From NCBI GenBank assembly GCA_002408565.1, contig DHTA01000005.1, positions 108,049 through 172,048 of the forward strand: 64,000 bases of DNA, given 5' to 3'. A program made the translations under genes and the position numbers. Positions 28,472 to 37,294 of this stretch are shown here, one piece after another (within the stretch, counting starts at the first letter, position 1; the number at the start of each line of letters is the position of its first letter). This DNA comes from Patescibacteria group bacterium UBA5272. Lineage in GTDB: Bacteria; Patescibacteriota; Minisyncoccia; Phycocordibacterales; UBA5272. The notes below the pieces were generated by a model. That model worked only from the letters and a program-made list of their open reading frames with translations, did no database searches and had not been told where the DNA came from.

Positions 28472-29101
28472 TTAGCCTCGATGTTCAAAAGCTTCTTTAA
28501 AAGTATTTTTGTCTACATATTCAATATCTAAGCCGGAAGACAAACCTCTAGCCAAAGTAGAAATTTTTACCTTTTCTATACCGACAATTTGAGAAAGAGT
28601 TTTTCTTAAATAGTTAATAGTATTTTCTCCTTCATCGGTAGCTGGTAAAGCAAAAATAATCTCTTCGATTTTTTCTTCTTTTTGTAAACTGGTATGAATC
28701 AGATTTACAAGCTCGCGAATATTTATGACTTCACTTGGTTTTTCTGTTAAAAAAGGAAGTAAATTTCCTAAAACAAAATATTTTCCACTGTAAAATTTTG
28801 TTTTTTCTATGGCGTCAATGTCTAATTCTTTGACGACTATCATTAAAGATCTTTCATCTCTCATTTTGTTGGCGCAGATTTCGCAAAGTTTAGATTCTTT
28901 TTGATTTATATTTTTACTAAAGACTCTTAAACATTTTTCACAAATATTAGCTGAATCTTTTAAAGCTTCAATATTTTTTGCTAACTCTTGTTTATAATTA
29001 TTTTTTTCTCGCATTAGAAAATAGACAAAGCGAGCAGCTTGTTTGGGGCCAATACCAGGAAATTTAAGGAATAATTCTTGTAGTTTTTCAGAAGGATTCA
29101 T
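28472..29101 (-). CDS. recR: Recombination mediator RecR
   Basis: PGIGPKQAAR HhH, C4 zinc finger, TOPRIM domain, LARGL..G..IEYVD. Confidence 0.95.
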   Translation of the reverse strand: MNPSEKLQELFLKFPGIGPKQAARFVYFLMREKNNYKQELAKNIEALKDSANICEKCLRVFSKNINQKESKLCEICANKMRDERSLMIVVKELDIDAIEKTKFYSGKYFVLGNLLPFLTEKPSEVINIRELVNLIHTSLQKEEKIEEIIFALPATDEGENTINYLRKTLSQIVGIEKVKISTLARGLSSGLDIEYVDKNTFKEAFEHRG

Positions 29102-29130
29102 AAAGTTTTTTTATTTTAACTCAAATTTTT

Positions 29131-30621
29131 CTAGAAGTCGTCTGGTGTCTCTACGCTAGGCATTTCAAAATCTCCAAATTCATTTTTATCAATAGATAAG
29201 AAAGAGGTCTTTTTATTATCAAAGTAGAGCTCAGCTTTTCCGGTAGGACCATTTCTGTGTTTTTCAATTAAGATTTCTACAATGTTTTTCTTATCAGAAT
29301 TTTCGTCGTGCTTATCTTCTCTGTGAATAAACATCACTACGTCAGCATCTTGTTCAATAGATCCGGAATCACGCAAGTCTGAGAGGCGTGGACGTCCACC
29401 ACGAGCCTCTACAGCACGAGAAAGCTGAGAAAGGGCAACTACGGGCACATCAAACTCTTTAGCTATACCTTTTAAAGAGCGAGAGATTTCGGTGACTTGA
29501 TTTACCATGCTGTCATAGCTTTTAGCTGTGCCCATTAATTGCAAATAGTCTACTATTACCAAACCCACTTGTTTTTCGTGATTTATTTTTCGTAGAACTG
29601 AGCGCATATTCATGGCCGTGTTGGCTGGCTTGTCATCAATAAAAATTGGAGCTTGCATAAGTTTATGCATACCTTCTTGCAATCTTTCAATTTCTTCTTC
29701 CATATTTAGTTTGCCAGTACGAAGTTTCCAGCCATCTACTTGAGCTTCAGCTGAAAGCATTCTGTCTACTAGTTGTTGTTTACTCATTTCTAGAGAAAAG
29801 ATAACGGTGGGGACATTGTATTTTACAGCAGCATTTCTAGCCAAGTCTAAAGCCAGTGAGGTTTTACCGACAGAAGGACGAGCTGCTAAAATAATTAAGT
29901 CTGATTTTTGAAAACCAGAAAGTTTATTATCTAAATCTCTAAATCCAGTTGGTACTCCACGAACTTCATTTTGATTTTCAGCTAAGTGAATAAAACGAGA
30001 AATAGTTTCTTCTCCCAGATCTTTCATAGCCACCACATCACTTTTATTATTGGTTTTGGAAGTAATGTCAAAAATTTTTCTTTCAGCTTCTTCTAAAACA
30101 TTTTCCAACTCTTCTTCCTCTCTAAAAGCCATCTCTCCAATGTATCCACTAGCCACAATTAATTTTCTTAAAATAGATTTCTTTTTGACAATATCTGCAT
30201 AGTAAACAATATTGGCTGCAGAACCAACCAAACCAAGTAGGCTGGATAAATAATCGGTGCCTCCAATTTGTTCTAATTCTTTTTTCTCTCTTAATTTAGC
30301 TGAAACAGTCAAAAGATCAATCGGCTCTTTACGGCTAATCAAATCAGTTACAGTTTCAAAAATAATTTTATGTTTTTCAGAATAAAAATCATGTCTTTCT
30401 ATAAGATGAGCAATTTCAAAAAAAGAATCTGGCACCAAGAGCAAAGACCCTAGTAAAGCTTTTTCAGTTTCTAAATCTTGTGGTGGAACACGAAGAGAAG
30501 AAAGCTCATCAAAAGGTGAAAGAATGTTTTTGTCTTGAAAATTTTTTTTAGAGAAATCATTTCTTTCTCTTTTTTGATTTTCTTTGTCGTTTTGACGGGC
30601 TAAATCTTTTGAAGTTAACAT
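29131..30621 (-). CDS. dnaB: Replicative DNA helicase DnaB
   Basis: AARPSVGKT, FSLEMS, DYLQL, LSQLSR, DLRDSGSIEQDAD, KHRNG. Confidence 0.98.
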   Translation of the reverse strand: MLTSKDLARQNDKENQKRERNDFSKKNFQDKNILSPFDELSSLRVPPQDLETEKALLGSLLLVPDSFFEIAHLIERHDFYSEKHKIIFETVTDLISRKEPIDLLTVSAKLREKKELEQIGGTDYLSSLLGLVGSAANIVYYADIVKKKSILRKLIVASGYIGEMAFREEEELENVLEEAERKIFDITSKTNNKSDVVAMKDLGEETISRFIHLAENQNEVRGVPTGFRDLDNKLSGFQKSDLIILAARPSVGKTSLALDLARNAAVKYNVPTVIFSLEMSKQQLVDRMLSAEAQVDGWKLRTGKLNMEEEIERLQEGMHKLMQAPIFIDDKPANTAMNMRSVLRKINHEKQVGLVIVDYLQLMGTAKSYDSMVNQVTEISRSLKGIAKEFDVPVVALSQLSRAVEARGGRPRLSDLRDSGSIEQDADVVMFIHREDKHDENSDKKNIVEILIEKHRNGPTGKAELYFDNKKTSFLSIDKNEFGDFEMPSVETPDDF

Positions 30622-30755
30622 AGTTTTAGAAATGATGTTTAAGGTCTTTTAATGTTATAAATCATAACAAAAAGTAAAGTATATTTATAATTCAAAAACC
30701 TGTTGAAAACGGGGATTAGGTGGAAAACTAAAAAATAAGCTTTAAAATGAGTCTT

Positions 30756-32024
30756 TTAAACCTTATTCTTCTCTCGAGAGAGGTTAAGTCCTAAATATTT
30801 ATCAAAATAAAGAATTAAGGTGTGTTTTTCTGTGTCGAGAATACTTTTATCATTGATTAAGGACCACATTTTAGCTAAAGCTATAGAAGTATTTAAATCG
30901 TCATTCATAGCTTCTTCAAATTTTTCTTTATAGTTATTAGCCTCGAAGGTTAGCTCTTCTAAACTAACTCTTTTTTGTCCATTTTCAACAATAGTTTTAA
31001 ATTTCTTTAACAACTTTTGATAAGCATTGTTTGCAGCTTCTAGAGATTCCCAAGAGAATTTTAATTCTTTTCTATAATGAGTCATCAAAAGTAAATAACG
31101 ATAAGAAAGGGGAGAGAAATTTTTTTCTTTAAGATTTTCTAATCTTAAAAAGTCTCCACTACTTTTGCTCATTTTTTCTTTATCAGCATTTAAAAAATTG
31201 ACATGCATCCAATAATTTACAAATCTTTGCCCATCTTCTAAAGAAGATTCGCTTTGAGCAATTTCATTTGTGTGATGAACTGGAATCAAATCGACTCCTC
31301 CAGTATGAATATCTATGTGTGGTCCAAGTACCGCGCGACTCATAGAGCTACATTCAATATGCCAACCAGGAAAACCGACTCCCCAAGGTGAATCCCATTC
31401 CATTTGTCTTTTTTTATCTTTAGGAGAAAATTTCCAAAGAGCAAAATCTGTTTTATTCCTTTTTTCATTATTTTCGTCAACAATTCTTTTACCCTTTTGC
31501 AATCCTTCAATATCAATATTTGCTAGCTCTGTATATCTCTCAAATTTACTAGTATCAAAATACAAGCCATCTGAAGTTTTGTAGGTATAATTTTTCTCTT
31601 CTAAAAGTTTTACCATTTCAATTTGTTCTTTTATATAATCTGTAGCTTTGGTCCAAATAAATTTTTCTCTATCAATGTTTAAATCCAAAAGGTCTGCAAA
31701 AAAAGCTTTAGTGTAAAATTCGGCTACCTCCCAAACGCTTTTTCCTTCCCTGAGAGATCCTTTTTCCATTTTATCTTCTCCTTCATCATCGTCTGAGACC
31801 AAATGTCCCACATCAGTGATATTGATTTGATGCTTCACGGTATAACCATTTTGGCGTAAAGTATTATTCAAAATATCCGCAAAGACAAAAGCCCTCAAAT
31901 TTCCAATATGAGCATAATGATAAACTGTGGGACCACAAGAATAGACTAAAATTTTGCTTTTAGAGAGCGGTAAAAACAACTCTTTTTCTCTTTTTAAAGT
32001 GTTATAAAAATATAATTTTGCCAT
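30756..32024 (-). CDS. cysS: Cysteine--tRNA ligase (C-terminally short)
   Basis: CGPTVY, HIGN, PGWHIECS, KMSKS, DDLNT. Confidence 0.97.
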   Translation of the reverse strand: MAKLYFYNTLKREKELFLPLSKSKILVYSCGPTVYHYAHIGNLRAFVFADILNNTLRQNGYTVKHQINITDVGHLVSDDDEGEDKMEKGSLREGKSVWEVAEFYTKAFFADLLDLNIDREKFIWTKATDYIKEQIEMVKLLEEKNYTYKTSDGLYFDTSKFERYTELANIDIEGLQKGKRIVDENNEKRNKTDFALWKFSPKDKKRQMEWDSPWGVGFPGWHIECSSMSRAVLGPHIDIHTGGVDLIPVHHTNEIAQSESSLEDGQRFVNYWMHVNFLNADKEKMSKSSGDFLRLENLKEKNFSPLSYRYLLLMTHYRKELKFSWESLEAANNAYQKLLKKFKTIVENGQKRVSLEELTFEANNYKEKFEEAMNDDLNTSIALAKMWSLINDKSILDTEKHTLILYFDKYLGLNLSREKNKV

Positions 32025-32100
32025 AGATTTTTTAATTTTAGCACATTTTAACTCGCATATTAATCACTCTAAGAATATGGTATACTCTTAAGGTAAAAAT

Positions 32101-33345
32101 ATGCCTAACTTTTTTCAAAAGAATTTTAAAAATTCCAACCTTAAATATATATTTTTAGTAGTTATTTCTATCTTTTTCTTTGGATTTGGATACTTATTTG
32201 GAGATTTGACCAACAAAAATGTCTTCAGTAAAGCTGCAGCTTCAGACTCTCCAATTATGATTCCTTCAGTTTTGAGCGAAGTCAAATATTATTTAACCAA
32301 TTATTTTGTTTCCTCTAAAGCTACTTCCACTTTACCGACCGACGAAGATTTGGCTTATGGCATGCTTAAGGGTTATGTGAATGCTTATGGAGACCCTTAT
32401 ACTCAATTTTTTGATCCAGAAGAATCTAAACAATTCGAAGAGGATGTCAAAGGTAGCTTTGGTGGTATAGGTGCAGTGATTGGCTATAAAGATCAAATAC
32501 CGGCTGTTATTTCGGTAATGAAAGATAATCCCGCTGAAAAAGCTGGAGTTCGAGATGGGGATTTGATTATTTCTGTAGATGGTACTTTTGTGCAAGGTAT
32601 GTCTGTCGATGAGATTGTGCGCTTGGTGCGTGGAGAGGTAGGCACGACTGTGACTTTGGGAGTACTTCATAAAGATGAAACTAAAACTAGCGAAATTGCT
32701 ATTACCAGAGGAGAAATTCATACTCCAATTTTAGACACAGAAATTATTAATGATGTCTTTGTGATTCATTTTTATTCTTTTACCGAAACTTCTTCTGTTA
32801 AATTTAGTCAAGCCATGATAGAATTTTTGAATTCTGGTAAGAATAAATTAATTATTGACTTACGAGGTAATGGTGGAGGATATTTGGAAAGTGCTATAGA
32901 TATCGCTTCTTTCTTTTTACCGTCAGACAAATTGATTGTGATAGAAAAGAGCGGTAAAGGTTTACCAGAAAAAGCTACTTATTCTAAGGGTTTTAATTAT
33001 TTTGCTAATAAAAATCTAAAAGTTGCTGTCTTAATTAATGAAGGCTCAGCTTCCGCTTCAGAAATTGTGGCTGGAGCTTTGAAAGATCACAAGGTGGCCA
33101 CAATTATTGGTGAAAAATCTTTTGGTAAAGGTAGTGTGCAACAATTAATTAAGCTTTCTGATGGTTCAGATTTAAAGTTTACTGTGGCTAAATGGTACAC
33201 TCCAAACGGAGTAAATATTTCTGAAAGCGGTATTGTTCCAGATATACTGGCTACCAGTTCTTCTAAAGTTTTACTTGATGAAGCTGGAGATCCAATTGAT
33301 GAGCAATTAAATAAAGCTGTAAAAATTATTAGAAATTTAAAATAG
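32101..33345 (+). CDS. S41 family C-terminal processing protease (CtpA-like)
   Basis: DPYT, PDZ GIG, DLRGNGGG, SASASEI, GKGSVQ. Confidence 0.95.
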   Translation: MPNFFQKNFKNSNLKYIFLVVISIFFFGFGYLFGDLTNKNVFSKAAASDSPIMIPSVLSEVKYYLTNYFVSSKATSTLPTDEDLAYGMLKGYVNAYGDPYTQFFDPEESKQFEEDVKGSFGGIGAVIGYKDQIPAVISVMKDNPAEKAGVRDGDLIISVDGTFVQGMSVDEIVRLVRGEVGTTVTLGVLHKDETKTSEIAITRGEIHTPILDTEIINDVFVIHFYSFTETSSVKFSQAMIEFLNSGKNKLIIDLRGNGGGYLESAIDIASFFLPSDKLIVIEKSGKGLPEKATYSKGFNYFANKNLKVAVLINEGSASASEIVAGALKDHKVATIIGEKSFGKGSVQQLIKLSDGSDLKFTVAKWYTPNGVNISESGIVPDILATSSSKVLLDEAGDPIDEQLNKAVKIIRNLK

Positions 33346-33370
33346 TTTAAATAGTTTTGAGATTTGTCTT

Positions 33371-33835
33371 ATGAAAGTTATTTTTATACAAAATGTAGCC
33401 AAACAAGGAAGAGTAGGTGAAATCAAAGAAGTGGCGGATGGTTTTGCGGTCAATGTTTTAATTCCTAAAAAGCAGGCTGTGATAGCTACTCCAGGAGCTA
33501 TTAAAAAACTAGAAGCTGAAAAGAAAAATAAAAAAATTAAACAAGAGCTTGATAAAAATCTTTTCCATCAAGCTTTGAATGATTTGCAAAAGATTTTAGA
33601 TGAAAAAACAAAGGGTATTTTAGAAATACTTGGGCACAAAAATGATGGCAAAGGAAATCTTTTTTCTCAAGTGAAAGAAGTAGATATTGCTGAAGCTATT
33701 TTCTCTTTAATAGGCATCTCTTTAAATCCTAGTCAAATAATTTTACCTAAAGAACCGATTAAGAAAATAGGGGAATACGAAATAGAAATTAAAGAAAAAG
33801 ATTTAAAAAAGAAAATTAAAATCGCTATAAAATAA
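33371..33835 (+). CDS. rplI: 50S ribosomal protein L9
   Basis: MKVIF..V...G..GEIKEVADGFAVN.LIP; PIKKIGEY. Confidence 0.95.
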   Translation: MKVIFIQNVAKQGRVGEIKEVADGFAVNVLIPKKQAVIATPGAIKKLEAEKKNKKIKQELDKNLFHQALNDLQKILDEKTKGILEILGHKNDGKGNLFSQVKEVDIAEAIFSLIGISLNPSQIILPKEPIKKIGEYEIEIKEKDLKKKIKIAIK

Positions 33836-33853
33836 AAATAAATAAATCAAAAC

Positions 33854-33875
33854 AAATCCCGCTTTCGCGGGATTT
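33854..33875. terminator. Bidirectional terminator between rplI and rpmA
   Basis: AAATCCCGC-tttc-GCGGGATTT. Confidence 0.8.
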
Positions 33876-33880
33876 ATATT

Positions 33881-34153
33881 TTATAAAACGCTGACTACTT
33901 TTTTCTTGATTGTAGTATTGTCAAATTTGGTTTGTCTTTTTTCAGTAAAAGTAACTTTACCTTCTTTAAGAGCAAAAAGAGTATGATCTTTTCCTATACC
34001 GACATTTTTGCCAGCGAGGTATTTTGTACCTCTTTGTCTTACAAGAATGTTTCCAGGAATAACAGCTTCTCCAGAACCTTTTTTAAGGCCTAAATACTTT
34101 GGATTACTGTCTCTCAGGTTTTTCGCTGTTCCAGCGGCCTTACGTTGTGCCAT
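33881..34153 (-). CDS. rpmA: 50S ribosomal protein L27
   Basis: [31 protein letters not shown]. Confidence 0.98.
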   Translation of the reverse strand: MAQRKAAGTAKNLRDSNPKYLGLKKGSGEAVIPGNILVRQRGTKYLAGKNVGIGKDHTLFALKEGKVTFTEKRQTKFDNTTIKKKVVSVL

Positions 34154-34180
34154 AGATTTAGTATATAATTAATTAATATT

Positions 34181-34531
34181 ATGGGTGAAAGTATATCAAA
34201 AACTTGGAAAAAAATCAATGTTGAGTTAAAAGGAAAGCCATTTTTATCCATTATTCTAACTCTTATTTTATGTATTAGTTATTTAAGTTATAAGATATTA
34301 ACCCATCCTAAGCTTTTTTCCGCTAAAGCTTTTGATTATCAAGCTTCCAATATCTCAGCTGAAACTCTAAAAAAAGCTAATTCTATTCGCTATATCTATG
34401 CTAGTCGCAGAGGCAGTAAATATTATTTTTACAATTGTAAATCTAGTATTAAAGAGACTAATAAAATCTATTTTGATTCAGAAGCCGCCGCCCAAAAAGC
34501 TGGCTACACTTTAGCCAAAACTTGTCAGTAG
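34181..34531 (+). CDS. Membrane-anchored protein with Ada metal-binding-like domain
   Basis: TM helix, then ASRRGSKYY..C..I...N.IYF.S...A..AGY....C. Confidence 0.75.
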   Translation: MGESISKTWKKINVELKGKPFLSIILTLILCISYLSYKILTHPKLFSAKAFDYQASNISAETLKKANSIRYIYASRRGSKYYFYNCKSSIKETNKIYFDSEAAAQKAGYTLAKTCQ

Positions 34532-34572
34532 CTAGATTTTTTGTGATATAATATTCCTATAAATATAAAATT

Positions 34573-34665
34573 ATGGCAAAAGGTGATTTTAGAGAAAGAA
34601 AAGAAAAAAAGAAACCAAAAAAATGTGGTTGTATGGGAAAGTGTAAGTGTAAAAAAGAATTTTAA
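34573..34665 (+). CDS. 30-aa basic Cys-rich microprotein (not in ORF track)
   Basis: MAKGDFRERKEKKKPKKCGCMGKCKCKKEF*, with TGaTATAAT upstream and a terminator downstream. Confidence 0.65.
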   Translation: MAKGDFRERKEKKKPKKCGCMGKCKCKKEF

Positions 34666-34689
34666 TCTATATCTTACTAGTTTAAAATA

Positions 34690-34718
34690 AAAAACATCTC
34701 GGGAACGAGGTGTTTTTT
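34690..34718 (+). terminator. Intrinsic terminator after the microprotein gene
   Basis: AAAAACATCTCG-ggaa-CGAGGTGTTTTT; the G-U pair forms on the + strand. Confidence 0.8.
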
Positions 34719-34811
34719 ATCTTTTAAAATTCAAAATGGCTCTTCAAAAAGTCAAAAAATATGGTATATTAAAACAATGGGGAGGGGAGACTAATGTAAA
34801 TATAAATTTGT

Positions 34812-35294
34812 ATGTCAGGAGAGGAAAAAAAAGAAAGAACAGAAATACCTGTATTAAAAGAATATCTAAAGTTTAATAGTATAAGTTTCGATCAGAAACT
34901 GTTACAAACAAAAGTCAAAGAACCTGCTGATTTAATTTATGACAATCAAGGCTATCAAATAACCACAGCTGACGGAAAACATTTCGGAAAGCTAAGGAGC
35001 AACACTGATAAATATGATATAGAAGATGTTAAAAATAGAACAGTTTATAGGTGTATAAATACAAATAAGGTTCTCGAAGAGAAGTTGAAAGATATCTTGG
35101 AAAAAAAAAGAAAAAGATCTGATAAAAATATTATTTTACTCATTAAAGACTACTTAGCAGATCCTTTCACTTCTGAAGAAGACAGGTTGAGACATTACGA
35201 AAAATTTAAATCATCCTATAAAAATTTGATAGATGTTTGGAAAGATGTCTATTTAATTGATCTGAATAAAAATGTAATAAAATTATCAGATTAG
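34812..35294 (+). CDS. Hypothetical protein, possible degenerate PD-(D/E)XK fold
   Basis: EPADLIY..GYQIT resembles a PD..(E/Q)xT core. It precedes the methyltransferase. Confidence 0.55.
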   Translation: MSGEEKKERTEIPVLKEYLKFNSISFDQKLLQTKVKEPADLIYDNQGYQITTADGKHFGKLRSNTDKYDIEDVKNRTVYRCINTNKVLEEKLKDILEKKRKRSDKNIILLIKDYLADPFTSEEDRLRHYEKFKSSYKNLIDVWKDVYLIDLNKNVIKLSD

Positions 35295-35347
35295 AATTGG
35301 TAGGCTAAATACTCTATAAAAACACCCTTTGTGCTTTAATTCTACAA

Positions 35348-36166
35348 ATGTCTATGACTCAAATTTTAAAAAATATAAAATCTAAACCTTATTTTTCTTC
35401 TAATGATTTTGTTCTGTATTTAGGAGATAGTATTGAATATTTAAATCAATTACCTGAAAATAGCGTAGACATGATTTTTGCTGATCCACCTTATAATTTA
35501 TCTAATGGGGGTTTTTCTTTGCATGCTGGGAAAAGGGTTCCTGTGAATAAGGGAGACTGGGATAAAAGTAAAGGCTTTCAAAATGATTATGAATTTCATT
35601 TAACTTGGTTACGGGCTTGTTATAGAGTTTTAAAACCAGACGGAACGATCTGGGTTTCTGGGACATATCACTCTATATATCAATGCGGGTCAGCTATGCA
35701 ACAAATTGGTTTTCATATTTTAAACGACATTTCTTGGTTTAAACCAAATGCATCTCCTAATTTATCTTGTAGATTTTTTACAGCTTCACACGAAACTTTA
35801 ATTTGGGCTAGAAAAGATAAAAAAGGAAAACATTATTTTGATTATAAGTTAATGAAAGAGGGAGATTGGAAGGAGGATTTTATCAAAAAACCCAATTTAC
35901 AAATGAGATCAGTTTGGTCAATTTATCCTCCTAAAACTTATGAAAAAGTCCATGGAAAACATCCTACCCAAAAACCTTTAGAGTTATTAAGAAGGTGTAT
36001 TCTGGCTAGTACAAAAGATGGGGATATTATAATAGATCCGTTTACTGGCAGTTCTACTACTGGGATTTCTTCTAAAATTATAGGAAAAAGGAAATTTGTT
36101 GGTTTTGATCTTGAAAAAAAGTTTTTGGATGTTAGTATTAAAAGGTATAAAGATTTATTGAAATAA
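35348..36166 (+). CDS. Beta-class N6-adenine/N4-cytosine DNA methyltransferase (DpnA-like)
   Basis: DMIFADPPY, NKGDWD, HPTQKP, DPFTGSSTTG. Confidence 0.93.
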   Translation: MSMTQILKNIKSKPYFSSNDFVLYLGDSIEYLNQLPENSVDMIFADPPYNLSNGGFSLHAGKRVPVNKGDWDKSKGFQNDYEFHLTWLRACYRVLKPDGTIWVSGTYHSIYQCGSAMQQIGFHILNDISWFKPNASPNLSCRFFTASHETLIWARKDKKGKHYFDYKLMKEGDWKEDFIKKPNLQMRSVWSIYPPKTYEKVHGKHPTQKPLELLRRCILASTKDGDIIIDPFTGSSTTGISSKIIGKRKFVGFDLEKKFLDVSIKRYKDLLK

Positions 36167-36171
36167 AAAAT

Positions 36172-36696
36172 ATGAAAAAAGGTGGAGTGGGTGGTGGAAA
36201 TACATTAACGGGTTTAAATTTTGAAAGAGAAAGAGATTTTTTATCTGTTTTAGATAAATCTAAAGGATATTCTATAAAAGATAATATAATATATTTCAAA
36301 AATAAAGAGGTTGCTAGAAACTATAGAAAAAATAGTTTATATAAATACTTAGAATCAAGAGGGGTAGATTATAAAAATCATATAAGTAAAAAATTATTAC
36401 CTGATGACGCTATTTATGTTATTAAAAATAACACTCTATTTATTATAGAAATGAAATTCCAAACTGTTGCTGGATCTGTAGATGAAAAATTACAAACTTG
36501 CGATTTCAAACTAAAACAATATAAAAAATTAATGTCTCCTTTGAATATAGATGTAGAATATATTTATATATTAAATGACTGGTTTAGAAAGTTTGAATAT
36601 AAAGACGTTTTAGATTATATAATTTCTGTAGGATGTGATTATTATTTTGAATATCTGCCACTTAAAAGACTGGGTTTGCCAGTTCCTAAACAATAA
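36172..36696 (+). CDS. PD-(D/E)XK nuclease, putative restriction endonuclease
   Basis: GLNFE..LLPDD..IIEMKFQ..GSVDEK; starts 5 nt after the MTase. Confidence 0.8.
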   Translation: MKKGGVGGGNTLTGLNFERERDFLSVLDKSKGYSIKDNIIYFKNKEVARNYRKNSLYKYLESRGVDYKNHISKKLLPDDAIYVIKNNTLFIIEMKFQTVAGSVDEKLQTCDFKLKQYKKLMSPLNIDVEYIYILNDWFRKFEYKDVLDYIISVGCDYYFEYLPLKRLGLPVPKQ

Positions 36697-36730
36697 AACA
36701 AAAGAGGCGTATTCACACCTCTTTTGTTTT
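36695..36730. terminator. Bidirectional terminator
   Basis: AAAACAAAAGAGGCGT-attc-ACACCTCTTTTGTTTT between convergent genes. Confidence 0.8.
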
Positions 36731-36744
36731 TTTAGTAATTAAAA

Positions 36745-36972
36745 TTATTCATTATGACATGATGTGCAGTAATAGCACCCATCCACGTTGTCAGCAATCT
36801 CCTTAGAGAAATTTTCTTTTACATAATTGATTGCGGTATGACAAGAAGTAAAAATTCCTAAAAATTTTTGATTTTCTGATTTTGGTAGAAGAGAACAACT
36901 AGAATTATGTACTTCGTAATTTTCTCCACTTTTAGAATCTTGTTTGTTTAAATTTAAAATATATTTATTCAT
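36745..36972 (-). CDS. Small Cys/His-rich hypothetical protein (75 aa)
   Basis: EVH...C..LP...N...LG.F..C..A...VDGCYYC..CH. Confidence 0.75.
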   Translation of the reverse strand: MNKYILNLNKQDSKSGENYEVHNSSCSLLPKSENQKFLGIFTSCHTAINYVKENFSKEIADNVDGCYYCTSCHNE

Positions 36973-37192
36973 ATTTTTTATTTACCATTAATAATAAGTT
37001 TTTGTTCTTTATCCAACTAGAAATTTTACAGCTGGGTATATTCTTTATCTCTATCGATTCTTGCTTTAATAAATCTTTTCTCTGAATCTCAAGAACTATA
37101 AATTAATATTTTTTACTGAATTTAAACCCTTAAGAACTATTAAATTATACAAAAATTCAAACCCTGTCACAAATATTATGGTGTTTTAATTG

Positions 37193-37210
37193 TGTGGATA
37201 GTGTGGAAAA
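37193..37210. promoter_or_regulatory. Tandem DnaA-box-like sites
   Basis: TGTGGATAG directly followed by TGTGGAAAA; each has 1 mismatch to TGTGGATAA. Confidence 0.5.
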
Positions 37211-37294
37211 GTAAAAACATTCATACATTCATATTTGCCAATAGATATAAACACTTGTTTATTCATGATCTTTATAAAATGCTATAATCTACCT

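Noticed and set aside
36973-37294. oriC
   Set aside because: Only two or three DnaA-like boxes, and no dnaA or dnaN nearby.
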